A DNA stretch of 64,000 nucleotides from Dictyostelium discoideum (Eukaryota). Below, piece by piece: positions 26,142-38,050 of the stretch. The notes below the pieces were generated by a model, which worked only from the letters and a program-made list of their open reading frames with translations, had not been told where the DNA came from and did no database searches. How positions within the stretch are numbered: the first letter of the stretch is position 1; each line of letters begins with the position of its first letter. A program made the position numbers and the translations under genes. The stretch spans positions 3,584,001 through 3,648,000 of the forward strand of contig CM000154.2 in assembly GCA_000004695.1 (NCBI GenBank), written 5' to 3'.

Positions 26142-26997
26142 TTATATGTTTACTATTTTGACATTTTCAGGAACGAAGGGATTAATTATTTTTTTACAAC
26201 TTTTATAAATATGGACATTGCTTAATGTGTTAGGAATTGAATCAATAATTAAATCTTGTTTTATATCACCTATATGCAAATCTTTAATGGTATCAGGTAT
26301 TATACCTTTGGTTAGTTTTTGATTGAATCCATCACATAAAGTAACAGTTGTTACAGTATTAGGAATTGAACCGATTATTAATTCTTGTTTTATATCACCC
26401 AAATACAACACTTTAACACCTTCTGGTATAGTACCTTTGGTTAATTTTTGATTGAATCCATCCCATAAAGTAACAGCTGTTACAGTATTAGGAATTGAAT
26501 CAATTATTAATTCTTGTTTTATATTACCTAAACGTAACACTTTAACACTTTCTGGTATTATATCTTTGGTTAATTTTTGATTGAATCCATCCAAAAAGCC
26601 AACATTTGTTACAGTATTAGGAATTGAATCAATAATTAATTCTTGTTTTATATCACCTATACACAACTCTTNNNNNNNNNNNNNNNNNNNNNNNNNNNNN
26701 NNNNNNNNNNNNNNNNNNNNNNNNNNNNNNNNNNNNNNNNNNNNNNNNNNNNNNNNNNNNNNNNNNNNNNNTATCATTTTGTGATTGAATTTGTTTGAAA
26801 GTATCATTTGATTCTTTTAACAATATTTGATCATTTTCTTTTCTTTCAATTAATTTTAGATAAATATTTTTATTAAAATCATTAATTAATGAAAGAATAT
26901 TTGATTCTGATGATTCTAATGAATCAGTTTTATGACCATGATGTTCACCCTTACTGGAAATACAAAGACTGCAACACGGAATTAATTTACACTCCAA
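26142..26997 (-). pseudogene. B-box/FNIP gene copy C: 5'-truncated and interrupted by a scaffold gap (pseudogene or assembly casualty)
   Basis: FNIP units lie at 26142-26670. The B-box/coiled-coil part (26772-26997) starts mid-domain (..[24 protein letters not shown]..). The first ~35 codons ([15 protein letters not shown]) are absent, and the conserved upstream motif abuts at 27008. Confidence 0.5.
26672..26771. other. assembly gap, exactly 100 N
   Basis: The N run lies inside the FNIP/coiled-coil region of copy C. This is a conventional fixed-size scaffold gap placed in a tandem-repeat array. Confidence 0.95.
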
Positions 26998-27056
26998 ACA
27001 TAAAATTATGATAACTTAAATTTTTAAAAAAAAAAAAAGATAATCAAAATTCAAAT

Positions 27057-27091
<35 letters not shown>

Positions 27092-27236
27092 TTATAACTT
27101 TGTTTTTTATATTTAAATAAAAAATAAAAAATAAAAAATTTTTATTGCTTGGTGTCGTAAAAAAAAAATTGACCAGATATTTTTATTTTTTTTTTTTTCT
27201 TTTTTTTTTCTGGTTTTGAAAAAAAAAATTGACCAG

Positions 27237-27296
<60 letters not shown>

Positions 27297-27604
27297 AAAA
27301 ATAATTAATTTTATTAAAAAAATGAATGTAACCATCCTGTTTTGAATTTTTTTAAATCAAAAATTTTTATTTTTAAAATTTATATATTTACCAATTTTTT
27401 GAAATTGTTTTTTTTATTTAAAAATAATACAAACGGAAAAAATTTAAAAAATAAAATTGGAAACAAACCAAAATACGTTTCGCAGTCAAAAAAATAAAAT
27501 AAAATCAATTGAAAAAACTTTTTTTCACTTGCGACATTATAGTTGACCTATTAATACACTATTATTTTTTTTTTAAAAAAATTCCACACTCAAAAAAACA
27601 AATA

Positions 27605-28043
27605 ATGGACAGAAATAAAAATGAAATATTATTTTGGAAAATTTTTAGAAATTCATATTTAAATAAAATAATATTTGAAAAAATTAAATGTAAATGTAGA
27701 TTACTTTGTTATTCATATGATAAAATCTTTTTTTGTGAATGGATGATAATAAATAATTATTTAGAATTATTGAAATATAAAGTAAGAAGAGGTGATAAAT
27801 TAATATTTAATAATACATGGGTGAATGTATTCTATAATTATGAAAAATTAACTAGAACCCAACCAGAATCATTAAAACGTTCAAATTCAAGATTTAAATA
27901 CGATCAATTAGAAGATGATTATTCTTTAATTACTTCAAAAAAAGGAATTTATGAAGTTAATTCAATTTTTAATTGGTTTAAAGATGATTATGATTTTTAT
28001 TTAAATTTATTTAAAAATTATTCAAATTATTTTAAAGTTAATA

Positions 28044-28126
<83 letters not shown>

Positions 28127-30136
28127 GATTATGAAAATCAAGAAAATAATAAAATAAAAAAATTACGAATGTGTCAATCAGAAAGTAGAACGTCAGTTCA
28201 TCCATTATCATTAAAACAAATTATAAATCTTATAATTGTTTTTGATAATGTTTCTGCAATGAAAGTTTTAGTTGGACAAGGTTATTATATTAGAGATGAC
28301 GAACAAATTTTTAAAGATTTTATAAAATCATTTGAAATTGGTTCATTAAAATTAGCAGAATTTATTTATAATAATTATTTAAATTTAGAATTTACAAAAG
28401 AAAAAGAAAAGATTCAATCACTTTGGAATTTAGCTATTTTTACTGAAACAAACTTTATAGATATTCAAAAAGAAGATGGATTAGAATTATTTTTAAATAA
28501 ATTTTATTTAATGAAGAAATTAAAAAGCAACGACAACAACAATAATAATAATAAAATAATTTCAAATTGTGATAGTGAAATAATATTTAAAAATATTCAA
28601 TCAATATTAAGAATGAATATTTTTAAAATTAAATTTAATATTTTAATTGGTTATGCAGAAGTGATATCAATTTTAAATGATCAATTTGATTTTCAAAATA
28701 ATATAATTAAAAATTATAAAGCAAATACAAATAATAAAGATATTAATGAAAGTTTAGAAGAAGATAAAAATGAAATTTCAATTCTATCAATTAAAGAAAT
28801 TAATGAATTAAAATTAAAACTAATTGAAAAAAACATTATAAATGAAATTAAACCATTGAATCAAAATGATTGGAATTCATTAAAGCAAGATTTAGAAGGG
28901 CTATATAAAATGTTAATAATATTTACAGGTTTCTCAATTCCTGAAAATTATTTCATTTTTAAATTAAAATTTAATAAAATATTAAATTTTAAATCAATGA
29001 ATTTCATAACCAATAATCCAAATGATTACTTTTTATATAATTTAAAAGATGGTGGTAAACAGTTGATTTATAACCCAGTATTTTCAAATTATAAAAATGA
29101 AAAGATTCAAATAAAATCATTTTTAGAAAATTGTCTTTTAGATTTAAATTTAAGAGATGATAAATATCAATCAAATAATTTATTTTCATTAATTATTAGA
29201 GATAATCAAAATGATGATGATCATGAAATCATTGAATATGGTATAAATAATCTTTTATTTAAAGGTGAATTACCAATTGATTATAATTCATTTAAAAATA
29301 TAAAATCAATTAAAACATTTGATTTTATTTTTAAATCAATTCAATTAAAATATCCAAACAATCTTTCAACTAATTTATTATCCTCAATTATTGATAATTT
29401 CCAACTTGCCACTCATTTCAAAGAAAACTATCCAAATCAATATAAATCATCATTAAAAACAATTAAATTCAGTGATATTAGTGAATTTAAAAATTTTACT
29501 CAACTCAAATTTATAATTCACAATTGGTTAGATTTTAAAAATATAATCATAAAAAGTAAAGGTAAAAATTGGGCCCAAGATATTGTAAGGTATAAAAAAG
29601 AATTTAATATAAATGAATTTAAAACTTTTGTTTCATGTTTTGATAATCTTCAAAATACCGACACTAGAAATAATAACGATGTCAAAGAAGAAGATGATGA
29701 TGATAATGATGATAGTGATAATAAATCACTTTATTATGCAAATGATACAGAAGAATCATTTTATGTTTACCAAAATAGACCAGAACATTTAAAATCTGGT
29801 ATATGTGAACCTATCAGAATTGAATTCATGAACACCATTAATTACATTAATGGTAAGTTTGATTTCTCTTCTTTAAATTTTGAAAAAGAATCTAAATATG
29901 GTGACTTATTTAAACATATCGTTCAAAGATGTGATTTTAATGCTATTGATCAATGTATTTCAATTTTAGGTCAACCAAGCCAAGAGGAAATTGATCTGGA
30001 TTATAAAAATTTAGATGTCATCATACATATTCTATCTCGAGAAGCTTTTGAAAATGGAAATACTATTGTTTTCGATTATTTACAAAATAAAAGTAGTAAG
30101 GGCTTCATTGAAATAAATGATTGTTATCCTTGGTAA
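27605..30136 (+). CDS. large N-rich hypothetical protein (~843 aa), paralog of the 17688-20966 product
   Basis: The likely start is the internal ATG at 27605 in AAAATGG context (MDRNKNEILFWKIFRNSYLNKIIFEKIKCKC...). The track ORF starts upstream at 27509. The shared N-terminal motif marks it as a paralog of the minus-strand gene at 17.7-21 kb. It has poly-N and acidic tracts, and the stop is at 30134-30136. Confidence 0.6.
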
Positions 30137-30261
30137 ATAAAAGGTTTTATTTAAATATTAAAATAAAAAAAATAAAAAAAAAGTTTTTTATATTTGATTA
30201 CGTTTACTAATCATTTAGTAAATGTTTAAAGTTTTAGTTTATTATTTCTAAATATTTAGAT

Positions 30262-30345
30262 TATTATTATTATTTATTATTTATTATTTATTATTATTAT
30301 TATTTATTATTTATTATTTATTATTTATTATTTATTATTATTATT
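30262..30345. repeat. (ATTTATT)n heptanucleotide microsatellite
   Basis: Same unit as at 47302-47378. It lies immediately 3' of the stop of the zinc-finger gene. Confidence 0.8.
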
Positions 30346-30347
30346 TT

Positions 30348-32093
30348 TTATATTATTTGTTTATCAGATTGATCTTTACCACTGGTAATACCATATTTAA
30401 AACATCTTTTACAAAGTACACCATTGGTTAACATCATCCAAGGTCTTTGGCATTCTAAACATTGATGATTATTTGGTTGATATTTTTGAGTTCTACTTCT
30501 TGATAAACAAATTGAACAAAATTCTAAATTGACAGATTTTGTTTTTCTAGCTTTACCACTAATACACCATTTGGTGCAAATATTTGGCTCGGAGCCATCG
30601 GTATGAACTAATGCATAAGGTCTAACTTGTTGACAAGCTGAGCATTCTTGATTTTTTTCGGTGGCAATTGCACAATATGGTACACACCTGTTGGAAGGTA
30701 TTGAAGATGATGATAGTAAAATCGTATTGGCAGATGCTGATAGTAGAGTTGAAGATTTTTTTGATTTTTTAGTTGGAGTAGATGGTGCAGATGATTGAAG
30801 TGGATTTGATAAATTAGTATTATTATTATTATTGATTGATGATATAATTGGTGAAGATGATGATGAAGATGGTGATGTAATCGGATTATTAAATGCATTA
30901 GTTGCTAAATTTACTTGTTGTAAATAAATTGATGATGGTGGTTTAATTTGTATTGGTAAACTAGAAATGGTTGGAATGAATTGATTTTGAAATGGATTAC
31001 TATGAATTATTTGATGTTGTTGTTGTTGTTGTTGTAATGGTTGTTGAAGGAATTGTGGTTGTTGAATTGGTAATGGACTTTGTAATGGTGTTGAAATTGG
31101 TGAACTTACTACTGATGATGTTTCTGAATCATTTTCAATTTTAATTTCTTTTTTTTTTTTTTTTTTTTTAGAAAATAAAAAAATAAAAAATTAATAAATT
31201 ATAAAATAAAACTAATAAAATATAAATTTATAATATATACTTTTTGAATCTCTATCATCAATTTCATGTTCTAATTTTAATTGAGTATTATGATTTGATA
31301 AATCATCAAAGTTTGTATTTGTTAAATCTAAGCTTGTATCAACTAACATACTATCCAATTTGAAATTATTATCTTCATCATCTAAATCATCGTCATCATT
31401 ATTTAAAAAGTTTTTAGTGATTTGAATTTCAAGTTGTTCTTGAGTTACTGCTGTAACTGTAGCTAAATCTTTTGCATCTAACAATTGCTTAGATTGGTCT
31501 GCTGCTGCTCCTGTTGCCCCTCCTCCTAATAGGGTGCTATCATGTTCTTGTGGTGTTGAAGCTGATGATGTTGTCAATGAAGTTTTAATTGATGGCGATA
31601 ATGGTAATGATTGTGGTGGTGGTTGTGTTATTTGTAATTGTGGTTGTGATTGTGATTGTGATTGTGATTGTGATTGTGATTGTGATTGTGATTGTGATAA
31701 GTTTACATTATATACATTAAATTTGGGAATAATGATATGAATTGGATCCATATCATTTAGTAATTCAAATACATTACAAGTTTCGGATAAATCGTTATTT
31801 AAACGATCTTGTAATTTACAACGTTCAAAATTTTGTGGATGTAATGGATTTGAAGTTGCTATATTAGTTTTAAATAAACCATTGAATTCATTAAAAATTC
31901 TAATCTTTAAATTTTTAATTACAATTTGATTTGGTGAGAAAATAATAAATTCTAAACCACCAGATACAACTCTTAATCTATAAACAGAGTTTATTGATGA
32001 TGGTGTTGATATTGATGATGTTGGTGTTGTTGAAGAAGAAGAGGGAGAAGAATAAATATTATTATTATTATAATTATTATTATTATTATTATA

Positions 32094-32183
<90 letters not shown>

Positions 32184-32508
32184 GTTGGTGGTGGCGGTCG
32201 TTATTGGTGAAGATGTAGATTTTATTGGTGTTATTATGCTTGTGTTTAATAAATTACCACTTGTAAATGCATTAAATGGTGCTTGCATTAAACTAAAATC
32301 ATTAAATTCATTTGTAAAATCAATGGTTACATGGTTTAATTGTTGTCTTTGTTGTTGTAAAATTGTTGGTGTTATTAAAAAAGGTGATGGAAATGGTACA
32401 GTTTGATTCTCTTTTTCAGATTTATCAATATTATTATTATTATTTGTAGTGTTACTATTATTTACAGGGGTTTCTATAGAATTATTTTTATTATTGTCAT
32501 TATTTTTA

Positions 32509-32550
<42 letters not shown>

Positions 32551-32921
32551 GTATTATCATTGGTAATGGTACTATTTGAGCTTGTTAAATTATCATTTGG
32601 TGAAGTGATTGTATTTGATAAATCACTTGAAAGATAAATATCATCATTTTCATTGTTTGTTGAGTGTGTGATAGATGAATTTTGATCATTTATATTATTA
32701 CATTCATTTTTTTTATTTTCATTTTTATTTTGATCATTTTCATTATTGTCATTATTGATACTACTATTTTCGCAATTTTGTTGTGATTCTTGAGTATCAT
32801 CTAATAATAATTTACCATCCTCACTATTTGCAACTAAAATATGTTCATCATGAAGTTGATGAATATCTTGATCATTTACAATATTACATGTAATATCAGA
32901 AAAAACAAAATGATCAATCAT
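30348..32921 (-). CDS. low-complexity nuclear-type protein with C-terminal FCS/MYM-like Cys-rich zinc-finger module (2 exons)
   Basis: Exon 1 is 32921-31241 (569-aa ORF minus its tail: poly-N, poly-NNY and an (SQ)11 tract from (TCACAA)n at ~31625-31700). The donor is A|GTATAT at 31240. The intron is 31240-31148 and ends in A21+G. Exon 2 is 31147-30348 and joins in phase (split codon AAA). It encodes ...SIPSNRCVPYCAIATEKNQECSACQQVRPYALVHTDGSEPNICTKWCISGKARKTKSVNLEFCSICLSRSRTQKYQPNNHQCLECQRPWMMLTNGVLCKRCFKYG...*. The EFCSICLSR element resembles the FCSxxC core of FCS/MYM/FLZ-type fingers. ORF 30608-30898 in the track is a spurious antisense-frame read of this exon. Confidence 0.55.
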
Positions 32922-33119
32922 ATTTATTTTATTTTATTTTATTTTATTTTATTTATTATAAATTACTAATTATTTTTTAATGATGTTTAATTCCAAGTGG
33001 AAAAATAAATAAAAAAAATAAAAATATAAAAAATAAAAAAACAAATAAAATAAAAGAGAAAAGAAAAAAAATTAAATAATAATAATTTTGTTTTTGTTTT
33101 TGTTTTTGTTTTTGTTTTT

Positions 33120-33153
<34 letters not shown>

Positions 33154-33249
33154 TGATTACTGATATTATTGTTATTATTGTGTTTTTATATTACAACTGT
33201 TATTTTATTATTTATTCAATTATATATATTTATAAGGTTTATTTATAGT

Positions 33250-33320
33250 ACAAAATATGAGTGTGTGTGTGTTTGTGTTTGTGTATGTGTGGTTGGAGTA
33301 ATTATGGTGGTAGTGGGTTG
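33250..33320. promoter_or_regulatory. G/T-rich (G-box-like) island upstream of the minus-strand zinc-finger gene
   Basis: GAGTGTGTGTGTGTTTGTGTTTGTGTATGTGTGGTTGGAG...GGTGGTAGTGGGTTG lies ~330 bp 5' of ATG 32921. It is a GC/GT island in an otherwise >85% AT intergenic region. Confidence 0.35.
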
Positions 33321-33951
33321 AAATTGAATATTAGTGAAGAGTGTGTTGTTAAATAAAAATTTTTTTTAAAAAAAAAAAACTTTATATTTTTTTTTTTTTA
33401 TTTATTTAATTTATTTATTTATTTATTTATTTTTTTATTTTATTTTTTTTATTTTTGGGGGGTGTGTAGTGTTTGGTTATGGGATGGAAAATTTTAAAAA
33501 AAAGTTGGAATTGAAATATCTAAATTTGAACAGTTTTTATTAAACAAATTTTTTTGTGATTTATTTTTATTTTTATTTTTTTTTATTTTTTTTATTTTTT
33601 TTTTTATTATTATTTACAATATTGAATAGAAATACAAAAAAGATATGAAGGTGATAAAGGTGTGATCCAAACAGTGTTATAGCTGTGCGGAGGTGTGCAG
33701 ATGAAAAGTGTTTTGTTTTGGAGTTTATGACCAAAAAACACAACCAAAGCAGATGCTAAAAAAAGGTAATGAAAAAAATAAAAAATAAAAAAAATAAAAA
33801 AAATAAAAAAAATAAAAAAATAAAAAAAAAAAAAAAATAAAAATAAAAAAATAAAAATAAAAAAAAAAAATGATCAAGGGGCACTAAAAAAAATAAAAAA
33901 AAAAAAAAAATTTTTATAATAATCTAAGTCTGCACAAAAAAAAATAAAAAA

Positions 33952-34028
<77 letters not shown>

Positions 34029-34471
34029 TTTAAAATTTTTTTAAGGGGGTTTAAAAAAACTTACACCCCCTCCCAAATCAGATTGCTAGCTGATCGTGAT
34101 TCAATCCATGTGAAAATAATATTTTGAAATTTAAAAAAAAAAAAATTAAAATTTAAAAATTAAAAAATTTAAAAAAAAAAAAAACCAAAAAGGCAAAAAA
34201 CAATTGAATTTAATTTAATTTATATGTTTATGTGCTTATTGGTTGGAGTAAAGTTGATTATTAAGCCATATTTTAATTATTAAAGAATGATGGCTTCTAT
34301 CAAAGTGTCAACAAGGGTTTTTTTTATCCTTTTTTATATAAATAAATGGATGAATTTTGTTTTATGTGAATAATAAATTAATAAAAAGAATTGGAATATT
34401 TTATTTAACTTTATAAGTTTGATTTAAATCGGTTCCACAATTTTTTATTATAAAATTAATTTATTGGGGTT

Positions 34472-34512
<41 letters not shown>

Positions 34513-34709
34513 CAAAAAGAGTAACCCGGTGAAGGGGTCTCTTTTACAATAAAAACTATAATTAATATGAAAAAAAATTCAAATTGGAAAAAAAAAAAAA
34601 AAAATTAAAAAAAAAATTTTAAAAAAAAAAAGATATTTTTTAAAAAACATTTTATTAAAATTTTTTTTTTTACCACCCAACAATGTTCTATTTTGGGAGT
34701 AATCATTTT

Positions 34710-34926
34710 TTAGGAGTGCTTGTAACAACAAATTGTCACATTATCGCATGGTATTTTAAAACTTTGGCACTTACTTTCAACAACGCTTAACTAATTATTA
34801 TAATAATTAAAATAATATTTAAAATAAAAAAAATTAAAAAAAAAAAGTAAAAAAATAAAATATCTTTTATTAGTACAACCTTCTTTTAGATATTTATTTT
34901 TTTTTTTTTTTTTAAAGCGTTTTGGG

Positions 34927-34977
<51 letters not shown>

Positions 34978-36743
34978 CCAATAAAATAAATAATGAAAAC
35001 TTACCAATAAATCTGTTAATTCTTTTACAGAAGTTGATTTCTTAATATACTTGCAGCATGCTTTGAAATCCAAAACATTCCAAAGACCATCAGAAGCGAC
35101 AATGACATAATCACCGGGGTTCAATGATTCACTTTGAAATTCTGGTGTACTACTAACTCCATATTTACTTAAAACTACATGACCTAATGCTCTACTCATA
35201 TTTAATGCTAATCTTTGTTTCATAATGTCATCATTACTATAATCATTTTTATTTGGTATAACTCTATAACATCCCTATATATATAAATTTATATAATTAA
35301 TAATTATTAATTATTATATTTATTTTTAATGTTTTTAATTATTAATTTAAAATATACATACACATCTAAAAACTACTCTACCACCAGTTGTAATTATTCT
35401 TTTTTTTTCGAGTGGATTTTCAGGTTTATGATCATTTGATAGTTGAATTGGAGTATAATCTTTACCATTTGCAGATTGTTTAAATAAAACTGCCATTGAA
35501 TCACCTACCCAACCAACACGAATATGGTTATCCTTAATTATTGCCAATGTTGCGGTTGTACCCCAATCACCAGTAATTTTACCTTTTTCAAGCAATGCTT
35601 CATTTGCTTCTAAAAATGAACTCGTTATACATTTATCTATAAAAAAAAAAAAAAAAAAAAAATTAAAAAAACAAAATAAAACATTTAAAAAAAAAATATA
35701 TATTAATAAAAATTTAATAATTATTTATTTTAATTTATATTTTACTCACCATAAAAATCATCAGATTTTTTATTATCATTACTATTTACAATTTCTTTTT
35801 CTACAATTTTTGATATAATATCTCTGGTTGTAGCAGATGCATCCATACCCTCATCACCATGGCCATCAAATACACCTATTACCCTTATCCCTTCAGATTT
35901 AAAATTTTTTTGAAAAAAAGTATCTTGATTTTCATCTCTTGTACCAAGTACTGTATTACCACTATAATTTAAATCTAAAATTTCTTCTTCTTCTTTTTGT
36001 TGTTGTTGTTGTTCCTCTTCTTTACTATGTTTTTCCTCTTCTTTTTCATTTTCTTCTAATTTCACGTCTTTTTCCTCATCTTTATTATTGTTGGTACTAG
36101 TTGTTGTTGTTGTAGTTGTAGTGGTTGTAGGGGTTGGGGTTGTGGTTGTAGGGGTTGGTGAATCCAGTGGTGGTGGATTAAGAACAAATTTAGACATTGA
36201 TTGAATGTCCATTGGTTGTTTCTCTATATTGTTAGGATTATCATTTAAAATATTGGAATCTTCCAAATCTTTGAAAACTACATCTTTTGGATGTTTTTGT
36301 TGTTTTTTATGTTTTTGATGTTTTTGTTGTTTTTTTTGTTTTTTATTATTAAAATCTTTAAGTGTTAATTCTGGTACATTTAATAATGTATCAATATTTT
36401 CATTACTATTGTTATTATTATTTGAGTCCATGACTGTATTTTTGTTACTATTTTCATTGTTGGTGTTTGTTGTTTTAAATTCATCAAGACTTGGTAATTT
36501 ATAATTACTATCGTCTTCATCAACATTATCAAGTTGTAATCTTTCTCTTTTGTTTTTAGGTGGTGATGTTGATTTTGTTGGTGTTGTAGTTGTAGACGAA
36601 GATGGTGAAGAGGATGATGTTGTGGTTGTGGTTGTTGTTGTTGTTGTTTTTTTAACAGGACTCTTTTTAATAATAAATTTTAAGTAGTTATCTGATATCC
36701 ATGATATTTCATAACCACTATCATTTGCAACTGCAGTATCCAT
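34710..36743 (-). CDS. PP2C-family Ser/Thr protein phosphatase with long PT/acidic N-terminal extension (4 exons)
   Basis: Exon 1 is 36743-35750 (..RVIGVFDGHGDEGMD.. metal-binding motif; donor G|GTGAGT, phase 1). Exon 2 is 35636-35362 (GTTATLAIIKDNHIRVGWVGDSMAVL...DHKPENPLEKKRIITTGG; alternative donor at 35376). Exon 3 is 35274-35005 (..RLALNMSRALGH..VIVASDGLWNV..; donor TTG|GTAAGT). Exon 4 is 34790-34710 (LSVVESKCQSFKIPCDNVTICCYKHS*). All junctions are phase-consistent. The long poly-T/A run at 34921-34975 is intronic. Confidence 0.7.
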
Positions 36744-36769
36744 TTTTTAATTTGTGATGTGTTTCAAGT

Positions 36770-36995
36770 TGTTGTTGTTGTTTTGGTTTGTTATTGTTTT
36801 TGGTTTTGTAGTTAATTTTATTTTATGTGTAGGTGGGTGAGTTTGGGTTTGTGTATAATTTTTTTAATTTTTTTTTTTAATTGTTTTTTTTATTTTTTTT
36901 TTTATTTATTTTATTAATTTAATAAGTGGGTTGTATTATTTATATATATAAATGGTGGATTTGTGTGTGTGTGTGTGTGTGTGTTTGTGTGTTGT
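36770..36995. promoter_or_regulatory. G/T-rich island incl. (TG)13 microsatellite upstream of PP2C gene
   Basis: GTTGTTGTTGTTGTTTTGGTTTG...GTGTAGGTGGGTGAGTTTGGGTTTGTGT...(TG)13 at 36962-36992. It lies directly 5' of ATG 36743 on the coding strand's upstream side. Confidence 0.35.
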
Positions 36996-37660
36996 GAATG
37001 TGTAAATGAATGCAAAAGATAAAATTTAAAACTTTGGGTTTTAAAATTTTTTTTTATTTTTTTTATTTTTTTATTTTTTTTTCTTTTTTTTATACAAAAT
37101 TAAATTATTATTATTTTTATTATTACTTCTTGATACCTAATTTTAATTTATTCGTGTTTTGTTTGTAAGGGTACAAGGCAGAAAAAAAAAAAAAATTTAT
37201 AAAATATTGCTTAATGTTTGTTTATCTGTATAATATTATTATATAAACACGGTGGAGTTTTGAAGATAGGGGGTATATATTTTAAATATTTAAAACAACC
37301 ACACGTATTTCACAATTTTAAAATTAAAAAAAAAAAAATTAAAAAAATAATTTAAATAAAATAAATAAATGAAATAAAAAAAAGTTGGTGATATTTCAAT
37401 ATATATATTATAACTAAATTTGAAATTATAAAAAAAAAAAAAAAATTATTTTTTTTTTTTTAGAAATTAAAAAAAAAAAAAAAACAAAAAAATTAAAAAA
37501 TTAATTGTTTTTTCCTCAAATGAGAACCTATTTAGATTTGATTCCCAAGTTTATTTTAAATTTTTATTAATAAAATAAAAAATTTAAAAAAAAATTTAAA
37601 ATCAAAAAAATCCCAAATTTAAAATTAAGAATTAATAAATGAAAAGATGAATAAAAAAAA

Positions 37661-37692
<32 letters not shown>

Positions 37693-38050
37693 AATTTTTT
37701 AACAAATAAACAAATAAATAAATAAATAAATAAAAAAAATTATAAAAAAAAAATAAAAAAAAAGTTTTGATTAAGTTCAAAATAGTAAAATAATGATAAT
37801 AATTATTATTATTACTATTTTGTTTGATTGAGTGTTATATAACTCAAATGTGGAAACCATAAACAAAAATAGCTACCCATGTTTTATTAGAAAATCAGCT
37901 CCTTTCAATAATTATTTTTATTTTTTTTATTTTTTTTTTGATTTTTTAAAAAAAGTTTTTTTTATTTTTTTTTTTTAAAATTTTTTTTTTTTATTTTTTA
38001 TTTTTTTTTATATTTTCCACCCCATTTTTAAACAAATATTTTATAATATA

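Noticed and set aside
27509-27604. Upstream extension of the 27509 ORF (MKKLFFTCDIIVDLLIHYYFFFKKIPHSKKQI)
   Set aside because: AT-rich, with no paralog support. The paralogous N-terminal motif starts at the ATG at 27605, which has an A-rich Kozak-like context.
30608-30898. 96-aa His/Leu-rich ORF on the minus strand
   Set aside because: It is a wrong-frame read of the zinc-finger gene's second exon. The adjacent frame gives a coherent Cys-rich domain continuous with exon 1.
34055-34115. GGGGG...CCCCC hairpin and a GTGATTCAATCC T-loop-like string, considered as a tRNA gene
   Set aside because: No acceptor stem, D-arm or anticodon arm can be folded. The T-loop match is imperfect (GATTCAATCC instead of GGTTCGAATCC). 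More likely a chance GC island.
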